Origin: an uncultured Bacteroidales bacterium
GTDB lineage: Bacteria > Bacteroidota > Bacteroidia > Bacteroidales > UBA3824
NCBI GenBank assembly: GCA_905234655.1
Contig: CAJOJG010000009.1
Location: 352-64,351 of the forward strand
DNA: 64,000 bases
Reading direction: 5' to 3'
Translations under genes and position numbers: made by a program
In this document: one piece after another, positions 26,871 to 36,456 of the stretch
Layout of the letters: every line of letters starts with the position of its first letter
Position numbering within the stretch: position 1 is the first letter of the stretch
The notes under the pieces: model-generated
Seen by the model: the letters and a program-made list of their open reading frames with translations, nothing else
Told to the model about the DNA's origin: nothing
The model's database searches: none

Positions 26871-27464
26871 TTACTTAATGTCGTCGCCGTATTCTTCGTT
26901 GAGGTTGACTACGCCGTTGACATCCAGGAACTTGTAGTTCTTAAACGCCATGTCGGACTCGAATCCCTGTTTACCAACGATGACCGTGCCGTCGGGGTCG
27001 GTTACGGTGACTTTCTTGACGGAGAACACTTTCTTGCCATTCTCGTCACAAAATATCTGTTCGGTGTTGAGCTTTGTGCCAGTCTCATTGACAATTTCGA
27101 CGTTCAACCTCGCCTCCCACATTTTCTTTTTTGTGTAATAAACGGCGTATCCGGCTTTCAGCGAACTTTGGGCTTTGAGGTTTTCGTCGTAGAATATGAC
27201 ATTGACACCTTTTGGAAACTCCCAATACGGCTGCTTAACGGACGTGAACTGGTCAAGCACCGGCGCATCGACCGTGGTCTGCAAGCGGTGCTGCGAGTAA
27301 TATTTTGTGTGGAGATCCTTTGTGGACATGTCGGCAAACGTCTCGTCAATATTGTAATTGTCGAGGGCCTCCATCTTGGTCGAACAGGAGGTAATAACGG
27401 CGAGAGCCATATATAATGCATAATGCATAATGCATAATGCATAATTGCCATTCGGGGTGCGCAT
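26871..27464 (-). CDS. lptC: LPS export periplasmic protein LptC-like
   Basis: Bacteroidetes LptC-like pattern (KD...KYYS..RL.......L..F......YWEFPKGV.V.FYD.....S.L.A..A.Y......W.A...V.......G..L.TE.L..DE). The start is ambiguous: 27464 lies inside the heptamer repeat element and 27410 lies just after it. Confidence 0.65.
   Translation of the reverse strand: MRTPNGNYALCIMHYALYMALAVITSCSTKMEALDNYNIDETFADMSTKDLHTKYYSQHRLQTTVDAPVLDQFTSVKQPYWEFPKGVNVIFYDENLKAQSSLKAGYAVYYTKKKMWEARLNVEIVNETGTKLNTEQIFCDENGKKVFSVKKVTVTDPDGTVIVGKQGFESDMAFKNYKFLDVNGVVNLNEEYGDDIK
27413..27460. repeat. Heptamer-palindrome element, half copy ((ATAATGC)x4-ATAATTGCCATTCGGGG)
   Basis: Four perfect ATAATGC heptamers followed by the core. 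It overlaps the 5' end of the lptC ORF (read as ..YALCIMHYALY.. on the minus strand). Confidence 0.85.
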
Positions 27465-27560
27465 AACAAAATCAATAAATCAACAATTATTTTTTTTGTT
27501 TTTTAATTTCGTGATTTCCGTGTGTTCCGTGTTCAAAAACACATAGTCAACAAACCACAA

Positions 27561-27632
27561 ATAATGCATAACGCATAGTTGTCATCGTGCGGATGTCCAA
27601 TTATGCATTATGCATTATGAATTATGCATTAA
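27561..27632. repeat. Heptamer-palindrome element, full (degenerate) hairpin copy
   Basis: Left arm ATAATGCATAACGCATAGTTG, a central TCATCGTGCGGATGTC, then the right arm CAATTATGCATTATGCATTATGAATTATGCATTAA. It abuts the stop codon of the TPR gene at 27633. Confidence 0.8.
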
Positions 27633-29297
27633 CTAAAATCTTGCAGTGGTAGACTCGCCAATCCAGCCGCCGATTGTGACGGTCTTTCCGGCTGTCACGG
27701 AGTGCATGAAGGCTTCTTCCTTCTTCGGGCACTGTCCGATGTAGCGGTTGATGAGCTGCTGTGCCTCCGAGGCGATGGAAGGATCGACAGATTTTGCCTT
27801 CTGGAGCTTGTCAATAACGAGCCAGTAGGTCATTGACTTCTCGAAGTGGTCCTCGCCGACGGGATTTGCACCGTACATTGTGGCGATGATGAGGTAAGGC
27901 AAACCGTAGTTGGGGTTGAGTTCGATGGCATTGCGGGCGTATGTGCGGGCGTTGCTGAACTGGTTCTTCTTCTGGAGGAGCTTTGCGATGGAGCAGTTGT
28001 AGATGGCTTTCATAGTGTCCACGGACGAAAGGCTGATGGCCTTCTTGTAGTTCTCGATTGCGTCGTCTTCCTTGCCCTTCTTCTCGAGCATCCTTGCAAG
28101 ACCGAAGCAAGCGGACTCCGTGGGGTTGTTGGCGATTACCTTTGTCACAGCGTCTTCGTAGAGCTGTGAGTCGGTGCAGCCTTTCTGACCGAGCACCCTC
28201 ACGATTTTGTCGCAAAGCTCGAGGTCGTTGGGATTAGCCTTGAGTTTGCCGGAGAATGCGTTGACGAGTACGTCGCACTGTGCTGCGGTGCTGTTGGAGA
28301 ACAGACCGAGGATGCCGCCTTCGACCTGCGAGCAGGTGGCGAGGTCGCTTTCCGCCTTCTGCTTGTCCTTGTCAGAAGATGCGTTTGCGAGCTTCGCATT
28401 CTCGTCGGCGCGCTTCTGAGAGAGGATGTCCGCAAACTGCAAGTACTTCTCCACGACAACCGTCGCGTCGATTTTCTCAGCGTTGTACATCGCGATTACG
28501 GACTGCATGGCTGTCTGGATTACAGCGTATTCAGTGTTCTTTCCGCCGAGGTCGATGGCCTTGATGAGGGTGTTGTAGGGGACTTCAATCGCGCCCTTGC
28601 GGTATTTCTGAAGGTCGACGCCCTTACGTCCGAGGAGGTATGCCTCGTTGTAGAGTTTGCTCGATGCAGCGAAATACTTGATGCGCTGGTCGTAGACCAT
28701 CATCAAGGTGTCGACCCAAATCTGCTGCTCCTTGCTGTCTTTTGCGAGCTCCCTTTTTTTCTTGATAATGTTGACACCGTTAGAGTAGACAGTCTGCGAG
28801 ATTTTTGGGTAGTCCTTGAAAAGGATTGACCATGAGGGGTAGGCGTCCTCAAGGGCGTTCTGCTTACAGAACTCCTGGAAAGTCGACAGTAGCCTAATAC
28901 CCTGTGCGGAGTCTGCGCCATACTGCTCCTCGCGCATTAGGTTGGCGATTTTGTGCTGCTCGTTCTGGATAGCGGCCTTGAGGTCGCCCAACGTGCCGGC
29001 TTTCTGCATATCTTTGAGTGTACGTGCGTCAAAGAACTGAAGTTCGGGCATTTCGTTAACGCCCACATGCTCTACCGTGACAATCTCGCCGATGCCGTCG
29101 CTCATTTTTTTGTAGAGCTCGCGGTACTTGTTCTTCAAAGCCTTGTTGTAGGTCGTGTTACTCGTTATCGCGAGTTCGCCCGCAGTCTCGGGGAACTTTG
29201 CCTTGATTACGTCCTCGGGCGACTGTGCCGATACGCTGCCGGCGACCAGTATTGCCGAAAGGCTCAGGGCTGTTCTTGCTATCTGAAATTTATTCAT
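27633..29297 (-). CDS. Secreted TPR-repeat protein, function unknown
   Basis: Signal peptide (..ILVAGSVSAQ). TPR-like helical repeats in the C-terminal half (AIENYKKAISL.., ARTYARNAIELNPNYG). Confidence 0.6.
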   Translation of the reverse strand: MNKFQIARTALSLSAILVAGSVSAQSPEDVIKAKFPETAGELAITSNTTYNKALKNKYRELYKKMSDGIGEIVTVEHVGVNEMPELQFFDARTLKDMQKAGTLGDLKAAIQNEQHKIANLMREEQYGADSAQGIRLLSTFQEFCKQNALEDAYPSWSILFKDYPKISQTVYSNGVNIIKKKRELAKDSKEQQIWVDTLMMVYDQRIKYFAASSKLYNEAYLLGRKGVDLQKYRKGAIEVPYNTLIKAIDLGGKNTEYAVIQTAMQSVIAMYNAEKIDATVVVEKYLQFADILSQKRADENAKLANASSDKDKQKAESDLATCSQVEGGILGLFSNSTAAQCDVLVNAFSGKLKANPNDLELCDKIVRVLGQKGCTDSQLYEDAVTKVIANNPTESACFGLARMLEKKGKEDDAIENYKKAISLSSVDTMKAIYNCSIAKLLQKKNQFSNARTYARNAIELNPNYGLPYLIIATMYGANPVGEDHFEKSMTYWLVIDKLQKAKSVDPSIASEAQQLINRYIGQCPKKEEAFMHSVTAGKTVTIGGWIGESTTARF

Positions 29298-29363
29298 AAT
29301 ATTAATTGTTTTTATGTTAAAAATAGTTTACTGTTGAATAAGTCCGTCTTGAAAAAGCTCGCG

Positions 29364-30722
29364 TTACTGGAATTTGCGTTTGACAAACCAGACGTCGTGC
29401 AGCGTCGCGTTGAAGTGCAGGAGATAATATTTTTCTTCGAGCAGACCGTCCTTCGTCGTTCCACGTTTGCCCATGTCGAGGCCGACATTAAGAATCAGCG
29501 ACCTTATCGGAAATCCTAATCCAAAAGTCATGCCCTTCTCGTCGATTCCGTGTCCATTGAGCGAAAGGTAGGTCTCGTTCTTGTACATTCCAAATCTATA
29601 GATGATTGTGCGATAATATTTTGAAGAAAATTTTGCCTCGGCGAACTGCATGCCGAACGCCATCCTCTTGCTGTCGCGCATCTTCGATGTCGTCTCGTCC
29701 GCCGGCAGACGGAACGAGCCCCATTTTTGGGTGTGGTAGTCGGCATTGAAGGTGAACTTCTCTGCGACTTCCACAGACGCGCCGATGCCGAAGCCGCGCG
29801 GAATCTCGACATCCGCCTTCGATGTCGTGTCGTTGACTAAAACTTCCGATGTCGTGACATAAGACGAGCCGTTATAATAGTCGCTGTATGTGTAATAGTC
29901 ATAATCAGACCTCATGTACAACTCGTTACGTGCCTTTAGCGATGCCTTATTGCCAATATAAGCACCGACAGAAATCCTAAGCGCGTCGCGGAGCGTGTCC
30001 TTCTTCGACTTAAAACTCTTCTCAAACCTGAATCCGATGTCGCTCTGGAGGCCGTGGATAATGTGCTTGTTGGTAGTGTAAAGCTGAGAGGTGAACGGGT
30101 ACGACCTGTTGTTAATGACATAGCCGCCCCTTACGCCGGTCAGGTACTGTGTGCGCTCGAGGTTTCCGAAAAGCACACTGCCAGTAAAGCCGACCGAGAA
30201 CATTTTCAAGAACTTGAACGCAGTGGAGATGGAGACCTTGCTAAGCCCTCCGGTTCCGCTGTACGACTCGCTGAAAGCATAGATGTTATTGTCGCTGTCG
30301 GTCTTGTGGATAGTGTCAGTGGCCTCGTAGCCCATCGTGCTATATGGCTTGAGACAGAATGAGAAATACCACCACGGCTTTGCGGCAAACGCGCCCGCGA
30401 GGTACTTGAACGTAGCCTGGCTTGTCTTTTGGCTCTCGGAGGCGGACTTGATATTAGCATACCTGACATCGAATCCGACGTCAAACACGAATCTCTGCAA
30501 CTGAAGGTTAGTATTGCAAGCCGGGTTGACAGTGTTAATGAACAACGGAGTGCTTTCCGCCGCCGACGTGCCGCCCATGGCTATGTTGTGCCCGGTTCCC
30601 GAGCTTATCAAGTCACCGAGCCCGTATCGCGAATATGGCGAACTGGTGACGCTCTGCGCGCCGGCATCTGCCACAGAAAGCATGATAATCAGCGCGATAA
30701 GTTTAAGTGTTTTTAAGTACAT
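29364..30722 (-). CDS. Predicted outer-membrane beta-barrel protein
   Basis: Signal peptide, a conserved N-terminal SPYSRYGLGDL motif and an alternating beta-strand pattern throughout. It is located between coaX and the TPR/lptC genes. Confidence 0.5.
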   Translation of the reverse strand: MYLKTLKLIALIIMLSVADAGAQSVTSSPYSRYGLGDLISSGTGHNIAMGGTSAAESTPLFINTVNPACNTNLQLQRFVFDVGFDVRYANIKSASESQKTSQATFKYLAGAFAAKPWWYFSFCLKPYSTMGYEATDTIHKTDSDNNIYAFSESYSGTGGLSKVSISTAFKFLKMFSVGFTGSVLFGNLERTQYLTGVRGGYVINNRSYPFTSQLYTTNKHIIHGLQSDIGFRFEKSFKSKKDTLRDALRISVGAYIGNKASLKARNELYMRSDYDYYTYSDYYNGSSYVTTSEVLVNDTTSKADVEIPRGFGIGASVEVAEKFTFNADYHTQKWGSFRLPADETTSKMRDSKRMAFGMQFAEAKFSSKYYRTIIYRFGMYKNETYLSLNGHGIDEKGMTFGLGFPIRSLILNVGLDMGKRGTTKDGLLEEKYYLLHFNATLHDVWFVKRKFQ

Positions 30723-31458
30723 TGTAATTCAAAATTCTGTTTAAGCCAATCGATACCAAATTTGGCTCTGCAAATATCGTGTTTTTTAATTTCTTACACA
30801 AAAAAATACTGCCTCCACCAGTCAAAATTATTTTGGAATTAACATTTTTTTTCTCAAAGTCGTCCGCATAGCCCTGTATTTCGTGCAAAACGCCATGGAC
30901 CACGCCGTTGCTGATGGCTTCCTTTGTGCTTCGGCCGAAGTAGTCGTCTGTGTCCACCGGCTCCACAAGCGGCAACCTCGACGTGTAGTCGTGCAACGCC
31001 TTGAGCCTCATCGGGATTCCCGGCGAAATATTGCCACCCGCAAACTCGCTGCCGTCCCTCACGTAGTCGTATGTAATCGCCGTGCCGGCGTCTATGACCA
31101 GGCAGTTGGCTCCGGGGAACAGAGCCGCCGCGCCCACCGCCGCCGCAAGCCGGTCATTACCAAGCGTGTGCGGTGTCTTGTAGAGGTTCTTGATGGGGAT
31201 TTTCGTGGCGTGGTCAAGTTCGATTATGTTTTCGTACTTACCACCGCGCACGCCTTCCAACGCCTTCGCCGCGTCCTCGAACGGCAGCGAGACCGTGGAT
31301 ATTATGCAGTTCTCTATGGCGAACCGCGCCTCTATAGACTTCACCAACAATTTTAGCCTGTCAGCGTCGGCATCCGTGGACACATTGAATATCATGGAGT
31401 TACCGTCGAAGACAGCAAATTTTGCGGCTGTATTGCCGATGTCTAATGTCAAATTCAT
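30703..31458 (-). CDS. coaX: Type III pantothenate kinase
   Basis: MNLTLDIGNTAAKFAVFDG, GNDR and IDAGTAITYD motifs. It overlaps the downstream gene by 20 nt. Confidence 0.85.
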   Translation of the reverse strand: MNLTLDIGNTAAKFAVFDGNSMIFNVSTDADADRLKLLVKSIEARFAIENCIISTVSLPFEDAAKALEGVRGGKYENIIELDHATKIPIKNLYKTPHTLGNDRLAAAVGAAALFPGANCLVIDAGTAITYDYVRDGSEFAGGNISPGIPMRLKALHDYTSRLPLVEPVDTDDYFGRSTKEAISNGVVHGVLHEIQGYADDFEKKNVNSKIILTGGGSIFLCKKLKNTIFAEPNLVSIGLNRILNYNVLKNT

Positions 31459-31500
31459 CTTAATTTTGCGAAATCATTTTTTTTTTCGGCTGCAAGTTAC

Positions 31501-31508
31501 TAAATTTG
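31501..31508 (+). promoter_or_regulatory. -7 promoter box TAAATTTG
   Basis: TAnnTTTG match 27 nt upstream of the ATG at 31535. A second candidate, TAATTTTG, is at 31461-31468. Confidence 0.4.
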
Positions 31509-31534
31509 CGCCAAGATTGCAACAAACTTATAAC

Positions 31535-31924
31535 ATGAATATGCCAAAAAAAATACTCGTTGTAGAAGACGACAAGATGCTATGCACTATCTTCCAGATG
31601 TTTATACAGGAACTCGGATACGAGGCGATAGGTGTTGTGCGGAGCGGCGAGGAGGCCATACGGCTCCTTGACGAGCGCAGCGCGGTGGACTGTGTGCTCA
31701 TGGACATACAGCTCGACGGCGACCTCGACGGCATCTCGACGGCGCGCCTCATCGGTCAAAAGCGCAACACACCAATCATCTTCATCTCCGGCACGACCGC
31801 GCCAGAGGTAATCAAGTCGGCGGCGATGCGGAATGTATACGGCTTCATAACAAAGCCTATCTACCGTCAGAACCTCGGGGTTTCGATTGAGTATGCTTGT
31901 GCAAGGTGCGAGCTGTCTGAATAA
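31535..31924 (+). CDS. Single-domain response regulator (CheY-like receiver)
   Basis: KILVVEDD, a phospho-acceptor context VLMDIQLDG.LDG, and a conserved T and K (FISGT...GFITKP). There is no output domain. The longer ORF start at 31190 was rejected because it is antisense to coaX. Confidence 0.8.
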   Translation: MNMPKKILVVEDDKMLCTIFQMFIQELGYEAIGVVRSGEEAIRLLDERSAVDCVLMDIQLDGDLDGISTARLIGQKRNTPIIFISGTTAPEVIKSAAMRNVYGFITKPIYRQNLGVSIEYACARCELSE

Positions 31925-31969
31925 AACCGATATATGTGTATATTTAATTAAGGCGTATCGGGCGTTTTT

Positions 31970-34258
31970 TTATTCAACAACCCTGATTCCCACTAACGAC
32001 AGGTCATCGATTTGAGTAGTACCGAACAGCCAGTCGTTCATTATGTTTGTGATGTTACGCTGTTGGGTCTCGCAGGGGAGCATGTAGTTGCTCTTAAAGA
32101 AGTCTATGAGACGCTTTGACATGAACTTGACGCCAGAAAATCCAATTTGGCTCACTATTCCGTCCGAAGACATGTAAATCATGTCGCCGACTTCCATCAT
32201 GAAAGTCTCTGTATGGAACGACGACGACTCGTTAATATGACGGCCGACAGGCATCCGGTCGCCCTTAAGCCGTATTATCTCTCCTTTCCGCGCAATATAA
32301 AGGCTCTGGTACGCACCGGCAAAACGCAACTCGCGCTTGTACTTGTCGTATGCGACTATTGACATGTCCATTCCGTCCGCCGTCGAGAACGATTCCTCGC
32401 CCCTTGCGATTGCCTCGGCGACCTCCTCGTCGTTTGAGAGTGCCTGCTTGACATACTCGCGCATCATGTCGAGGATAATGCCGGGCATTACGTCGATTTC
32501 GGGGTTTTTGAGGAGTTCCTTTATCGCCGATATGCCGAGCATAGACAGGAATCCGCCCGGAACGCCGTGCCCAGTGCAGTCCGCGAGCACAAAGATGTCG
32601 CGTCCGGCGTTCTGCGTGACATAATAGAAGTCGCCGCTCACGATGTCTTTCGGCTCATAATACACAAAATGGTCGGGGAAAACCCTCCTTATGTCGTCCT
32701 CGCTCGGCAAAGCGGCGTGCTGGATATGGTGGGCATACCTGATGCTCTGGTACATGATGAGATTGGCGCGTTCAGAAGCCTGCCGCTGCTCCTCAATGAT
32801 GTTGCGCTGCGCGATGATTTCGTCCTGCTGCTTGCTGAGCTGCTGGTTCTTGTCGTTAAGAATATTGACGATCTTCTTCTTGTTCCTGAGCGACACAAGT
32901 GCAATGACGAGGATGATGAATATGACCACAAGCATCAGGAAGACGATTATGATGGCAAGGTTACGTTGCTCGACTTCCCGTTTGTGAAGCTCGGTCTCGT
33001 AATGCTGGGCCAAATCCTTGTCATGGAGCAGGATTTTTGTGTTGAACTCTACATTCTCCTTGATTGTCAAGGTGTTGACGTAACTCATGTAACACTTTAT
33101 GTACTCGCAGATGTACACGTATGCCGTCCTGAAGTCGCCGATGCCTTCCTGACACTGTGAGGCCGTCTTATAGAGTTCCATTCGCGTGTATAGCCCCATC
33201 GTACTCGGCATGTTGCATATGAGCCACTCGGTCAACTTTACACCCGCCGCGCTGTTCTTAATCAAATAGCAGATTCGGGCGCGGGTGGTTTGGATTATGG
33301 TCATGTTTTCTACGTCAGAAATCGATTTTGCTATTTCAAGTCCGATGTCACAATGCCTGAACGCGCTGTCTATGCGCCATTTTTGACCGTCGAGCGTGTA
33401 AAGTTTCGATTGGGTCAATGCCTTTATGTGGTGGTACTTGAAGGCCACGTTCCGCCTGTCGACCGTGTCCTGCGGCTTGTGGAGCATTATATTGATAGTG
33501 TCACATATAGCGTCGACTTCCATGACCCTCGCTATCGACGTGTCATATTTCCGCTCGTTGAACTTCATCAACGCCAACACGTAGAGGTCGCTTGCGAACG
33601 AAATGCTGTCCTTGGTCTTTCGGTCGAGCTGGATGGCGAGCTGGATGTTGCTGTCGGCGACATCGTACTGCTTCATGCCAATATTGCGCTCGGCGACATT
33701 GCGGTGGATATTCGAGATGCTTGCATAGTCCTCGATGTCCTTGTAAATGATTATCGCTTTCAGGTAGTTGCTCAAAGATTTTCCGACTTCGTTCAACATA
33801 TTATAGGTGTCGGCGAGGTTATAAAGCACGAGAGCCTTGCGCGCCGCGTTGTCGGTATCTTGCCACAGGTCGTATTCCTTATTGAACTGCACAATCGCAG
33901 AATCGTACTGTGAATGGTAGTAGAAAGCCCATCCCATTGTGCTGTAAGCGTTTGCAAGGCGGTGACGGTCGCCGAGACGGATTGCGAGGGGTTCGAGAAT
34001 TTTAGAATATTTCAAGACGGTGTCCGTGTTTATAGACTTTCTGCACACATAGTCGCACACACGCATAGAGTCGGCAGCAGTACGGGCGACGGCCAGACTG
34101 TCGTCCCACGTATGGCCGACGTACTGGACAGGACCGCCCATTACATCCGCACACATTATCAGCATCAATGCTAAAATGCTTATAATCAATCGTTTCACTG
34201 TTCGATTTGTCAGTAATGTTTGATGTTCAAAGGTAGAAAAAAATATTATATTATGCAA
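31970..34258 (-). CDS. TPR-sensor / TM / PP2C-type (SpoIIE/RsbU-like) serine phosphatase
   Basis: N-terminal signal/TM and TPR-like repeats. A central TM helix (IIIVFLMLVVIFIILVIALV) and a coiled coil. A C-terminal SGDFYYV....IFVLADCTGHGVPG.....DG(M/I) PP2C pattern. Confidence 0.75.
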   Translation of the reverse strand: MHNIIFFSTFEHQTLLTNRTVKRLIISILALMLIMCADVMGGPVQYVGHTWDDSLAVARTAADSMRVCDYVCRKSINTDTVLKYSKILEPLAIRLGDRHRLANAYSTMGWAFYYHSQYDSAIVQFNKEYDLWQDTDNAARKALVLYNLADTYNMLNEVGKSLSNYLKAIIIYKDIEDYASISNIHRNVAERNIGMKQYDVADSNIQLAIQLDRKTKDSISFASDLYVLALMKFNERKYDTSIARVMEVDAICDTINIMLHKPQDTVDRRNVAFKYHHIKALTQSKLYTLDGQKWRIDSAFRHCDIGLEIAKSISDVENMTIIQTTRARICYLIKNSAAGVKLTEWLICNMPSTMGLYTRMELYKTASQCQEGIGDFRTAYVYICEYIKCYMSYVNTLTIKENVEFNTKILLHDKDLAQHYETELHKREVEQRNLAIIIVFLMLVVIFIILVIALVSLRNKKKIVNILNDKNQQLSKQQDEIIAQRNIIEEQRQASERANLIMYQSIRYAHHIQHAALPSEDDIRRVFPDHFVYYEPKDIVSGDFYYVTQNAGRDIFVLADCTGHGVPGGFLSMLGISAIKELLKNPEIDVMPGIILDMMREYVKQALSNDEEVAEAIARGEESFSTADGMDMSIVAYDKYKRELRFAGAYQSLYIARKGEIIRLKGDRMPVGRHINESSSFHTETFMMEVGDMIYMSSDGIVSQIGFSGVKFMSKRLIDFFKSNYMLPCETQQRNITNIMNDWLFGTTQIDDLSLVGIRVVE

Positions 34259-34288
34259 GAAATGTTGTGTTATTTTGATAATAATTAT

Positions 34289-34296
34289 TAGTTTTG
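34289..34296 (+). promoter_or_regulatory. -7 promoter box TAGTTTTG
   Basis: TAnnTTTG match 36 nt upstream of the uvrB ATG. Confidence 0.4.
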
Positions 34297-34331
34297 CAAA
34301 TTATTGTTCCTTAATACCACACGACATCGAA

Positions 34332-36344
34332 ATGGACTTCAAATTAGTCTCAGATTACAAGCCCACGGGCGACCAGCCAGAGGCGATACGGCAACTCACC
34401 GAGGGTGTCTTGCGTGACGACAAGTATCAGATACTCAAGGGTGTGACTGGTTCCGGAAAGACCTTCACAATCGCCAACGTCATAAAGAACGTCAACCGCC
34501 CCGTGCTTGTCCTTAGCCATAACAAGACCCTCGCCGCCCAGCTCTACGGCGAGTTCAAGGCGTTTTTCCCGGAGAACGCCGTGGAATATTTTGTGTCATA
34601 CTACGACTACTACCAGCCCGAGGCGTTCATCCCGACGACAAACACATATATTGAAAAGGATCTGTCCATAAACGAGGACATCGAGAAGCTCCGCATGTCG
34701 GCGGTCACGGCCCTATTGTCCGGCAGGCGCGACATCGTGGTCGTGTCCTCCGTGAGCTGCCTGTATGGTATCGGAAACCCCGAGGACTTCCACAGCAACA
34801 TCATACACTTCAACAAAGGCGAGAACATCGGCCGCAACAAACTCCTCCGCTCGCTCGCCGACAGCCTCTACAGCCGCAATGAAATAGACTTCAAGCGCGG
34901 CACATTCCGCGTCAAGGGCGATACCGTGGACATTTTCGTTGCATACGACGACTACGCATACCGCATAAGGTTTTGGGACGACGAGGTCGACGAGATAATA
35001 AAGTTTGACCCAGAGAACAATACCACACTCGAAACCCCGGACTACTGCATAATCTACCCCGCCAAAAGTTTCATGACTTCGCCCGACCGCCTTGCAACCG
35101 CCATGAAACAAATCCGCATCGACTTGGGTCTCCAAATCCAGTTTTTCATGGACGAGGGGCGCAACCTCGAGGCAAAACGCATCGAAGACCGTGTCAACAA
35201 TGACCTTGAGATGCTCCAGGAACTCGGTCATTGTCAAGGCGTAGAGAACTATTCGCGGTATTTTGACGGAAGAAGCCCGGGCAGCCGTCCATTCTGCCTG
35301 TTGGACTACTTCCCCGAAGACTTCCTGCTTGTCGTCGACGAGAGCCATGTCACCCTCGGGCAAATCCACGCCATGTTCGGCGGCGACCGCAGCCGCAAGG
35401 TCAACCTCGTCGAATACGGATTCCGACTGCCAGCCGCATTGGACAACCGGCCGCTTAAATTCAACGAGTTTGAAGACCTCACAAACCAAACCATATACCT
35501 CAGCGCGACACCGGCGGACTACGAACTTGAGAAATGCGGCGGCGTTGTCGTCGAGCAGATGATACGTCCGACAGGCCTTCTCGACCCGCCGATAGACGTA
35601 AGGCCGACGCTTAACCAAATCGACGACCTGATGAACGAAATCCAGGAAGTCGTCAAGCGCGACGAGCGCGTGATGGTCACGACGCTCACAAAACGAATGG
35701 CGGAAGAACTCACTAAATACCTCCTGCGCATGAGCATCCGCGCACAGTACATACACAGCGACGTGGACACCCTCGAACGCATCGAGATAATGGACGGACT
35801 GCGCAAAGGCACATTCGACGTGCTTGTGGGCGTCAATCTCCTCCGCGAAGGCCTCGACGTGCCGGAAGTGTCGCTCGTGGCGATACTCGACGCGGACAAG
35901 GAAGGCTTCCTGCGCTCGGCACGCTCACTGACACAGACCGCCGGACGCGCCGCACGTAACGTCAATGGCCGCGTCATCATGTACGCCGACATTATCACAG
36001 ACTCCATGCGCGAGACTATCCAGGAGACTAACCGACACAGGTCGATACAGACCCAATACAACGACGAGCACGGCATCACGCCGACCCAAATCCGCAAGTC
36101 CACATCAGGCATCATCATCCCGCGCGGCGAGACAACATTCAAGGACGACCCGTCCATCAGCCGCGAAATGCCCAAAGCCGCAGAGCCCGAGACTAAGTTC
36201 CTCTCCAAGCGCGACCTCGAGCGGAAAATACGCGAGACACGCTCCGAAATGGAAAAGGCAGCCAAGAAACTCGACTTCGTCACCGCCGCAAGACTCCGCG
36301 ACAAGATGTTTGAGTATCAGAAAGTATCGGACGAAAGGAAATGA
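34332..36344 (+). CDS. uvrB: Excinuclease ABC subunit B
   Basis: FKLVSDYKPTGDQP.AI..L, GVTGSGKTFT, YYDYYQPEA, helicase motifs and a C-terminal UVR domain (AA.LRD). Confidence 0.95.
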   Translation: MDFKLVSDYKPTGDQPEAIRQLTEGVLRDDKYQILKGVTGSGKTFTIANVIKNVNRPVLVLSHNKTLAAQLYGEFKAFFPENAVEYFVSYYDYYQPEAFIPTTNTYIEKDLSINEDIEKLRMSAVTALLSGRRDIVVVSSVSCLYGIGNPEDFHSNIIHFNKGENIGRNKLLRSLADSLYSRNEIDFKRGTFRVKGDTVDIFVAYDDYAYRIRFWDDEVDEIIKFDPENNTTLETPDYCIIYPAKSFMTSPDRLATAMKQIRIDLGLQIQFFMDEGRNLEAKRIEDRVNNDLEMLQELGHCQGVENYSRYFDGRSPGSRPFCLLDYFPEDFLLVVDESHVTLGQIHAMFGGDRSRKVNLVEYGFRLPAALDNRPLKFNEFEDLTNQTIYLSATPADYELEKCGGVVVEQMIRPTGLLDPPIDVRPTLNQIDDLMNEIQEVVKRDERVMVTTLTKRMAEELTKYLLRMSIRAQYIHSDVDTLERIEIMDGLRKGTFDVLVGVNLLREGLDVPEVSLVAILDADKEGFLRSARSLTQTAGRAARNVNGRVIMYADIITDSMRETIQETNRHRSIQTQYNDEHGITPTQIRKSTSGIIIPRGETTFKDDPSISREMPKAAEPETKFLSKRDLERKIRETRSEMEKAAKKLDFVTAARLRDKMFEYQKVSDERK

Positions 36345-36406
36345 CTTTTGGACACGGCGGCTAAAAATTTGTCGGCAAAAAAATTGATTGTTAGTGAAAT
36401 AATTTT

Positions 36407-36414
36407 TACTTTTG
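36407..36414 (+). promoter_or_regulatory. -7 promoter box TACTTTTG
   Basis: TAnnTTTG match 43 nt upstream of the ftsK ATG. Confidence 0.4.
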
Positions 36415-36456
36415 CACCGAATTTTACTTTAGTTTTTATACTCTTTTAATAAAGCA

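Noticed and set aside
27413-27460. Possible CRISPR array or simple microsatellite interpretation of the ATAATGC runs
   Set aside because: The units are 7 bp with no spacers and each run has at most 5 copies. They are always attached to the same GC-rich core, often as inverted arms. That fits a REP/MITE-like element and not CRISPR.
34713-35756. 347-aa minus-strand ORF (a 261-aa ORF at 35519-36304 is similar)
   Set aside because: Both are antisense to uvrB, whose identity is unambiguous.
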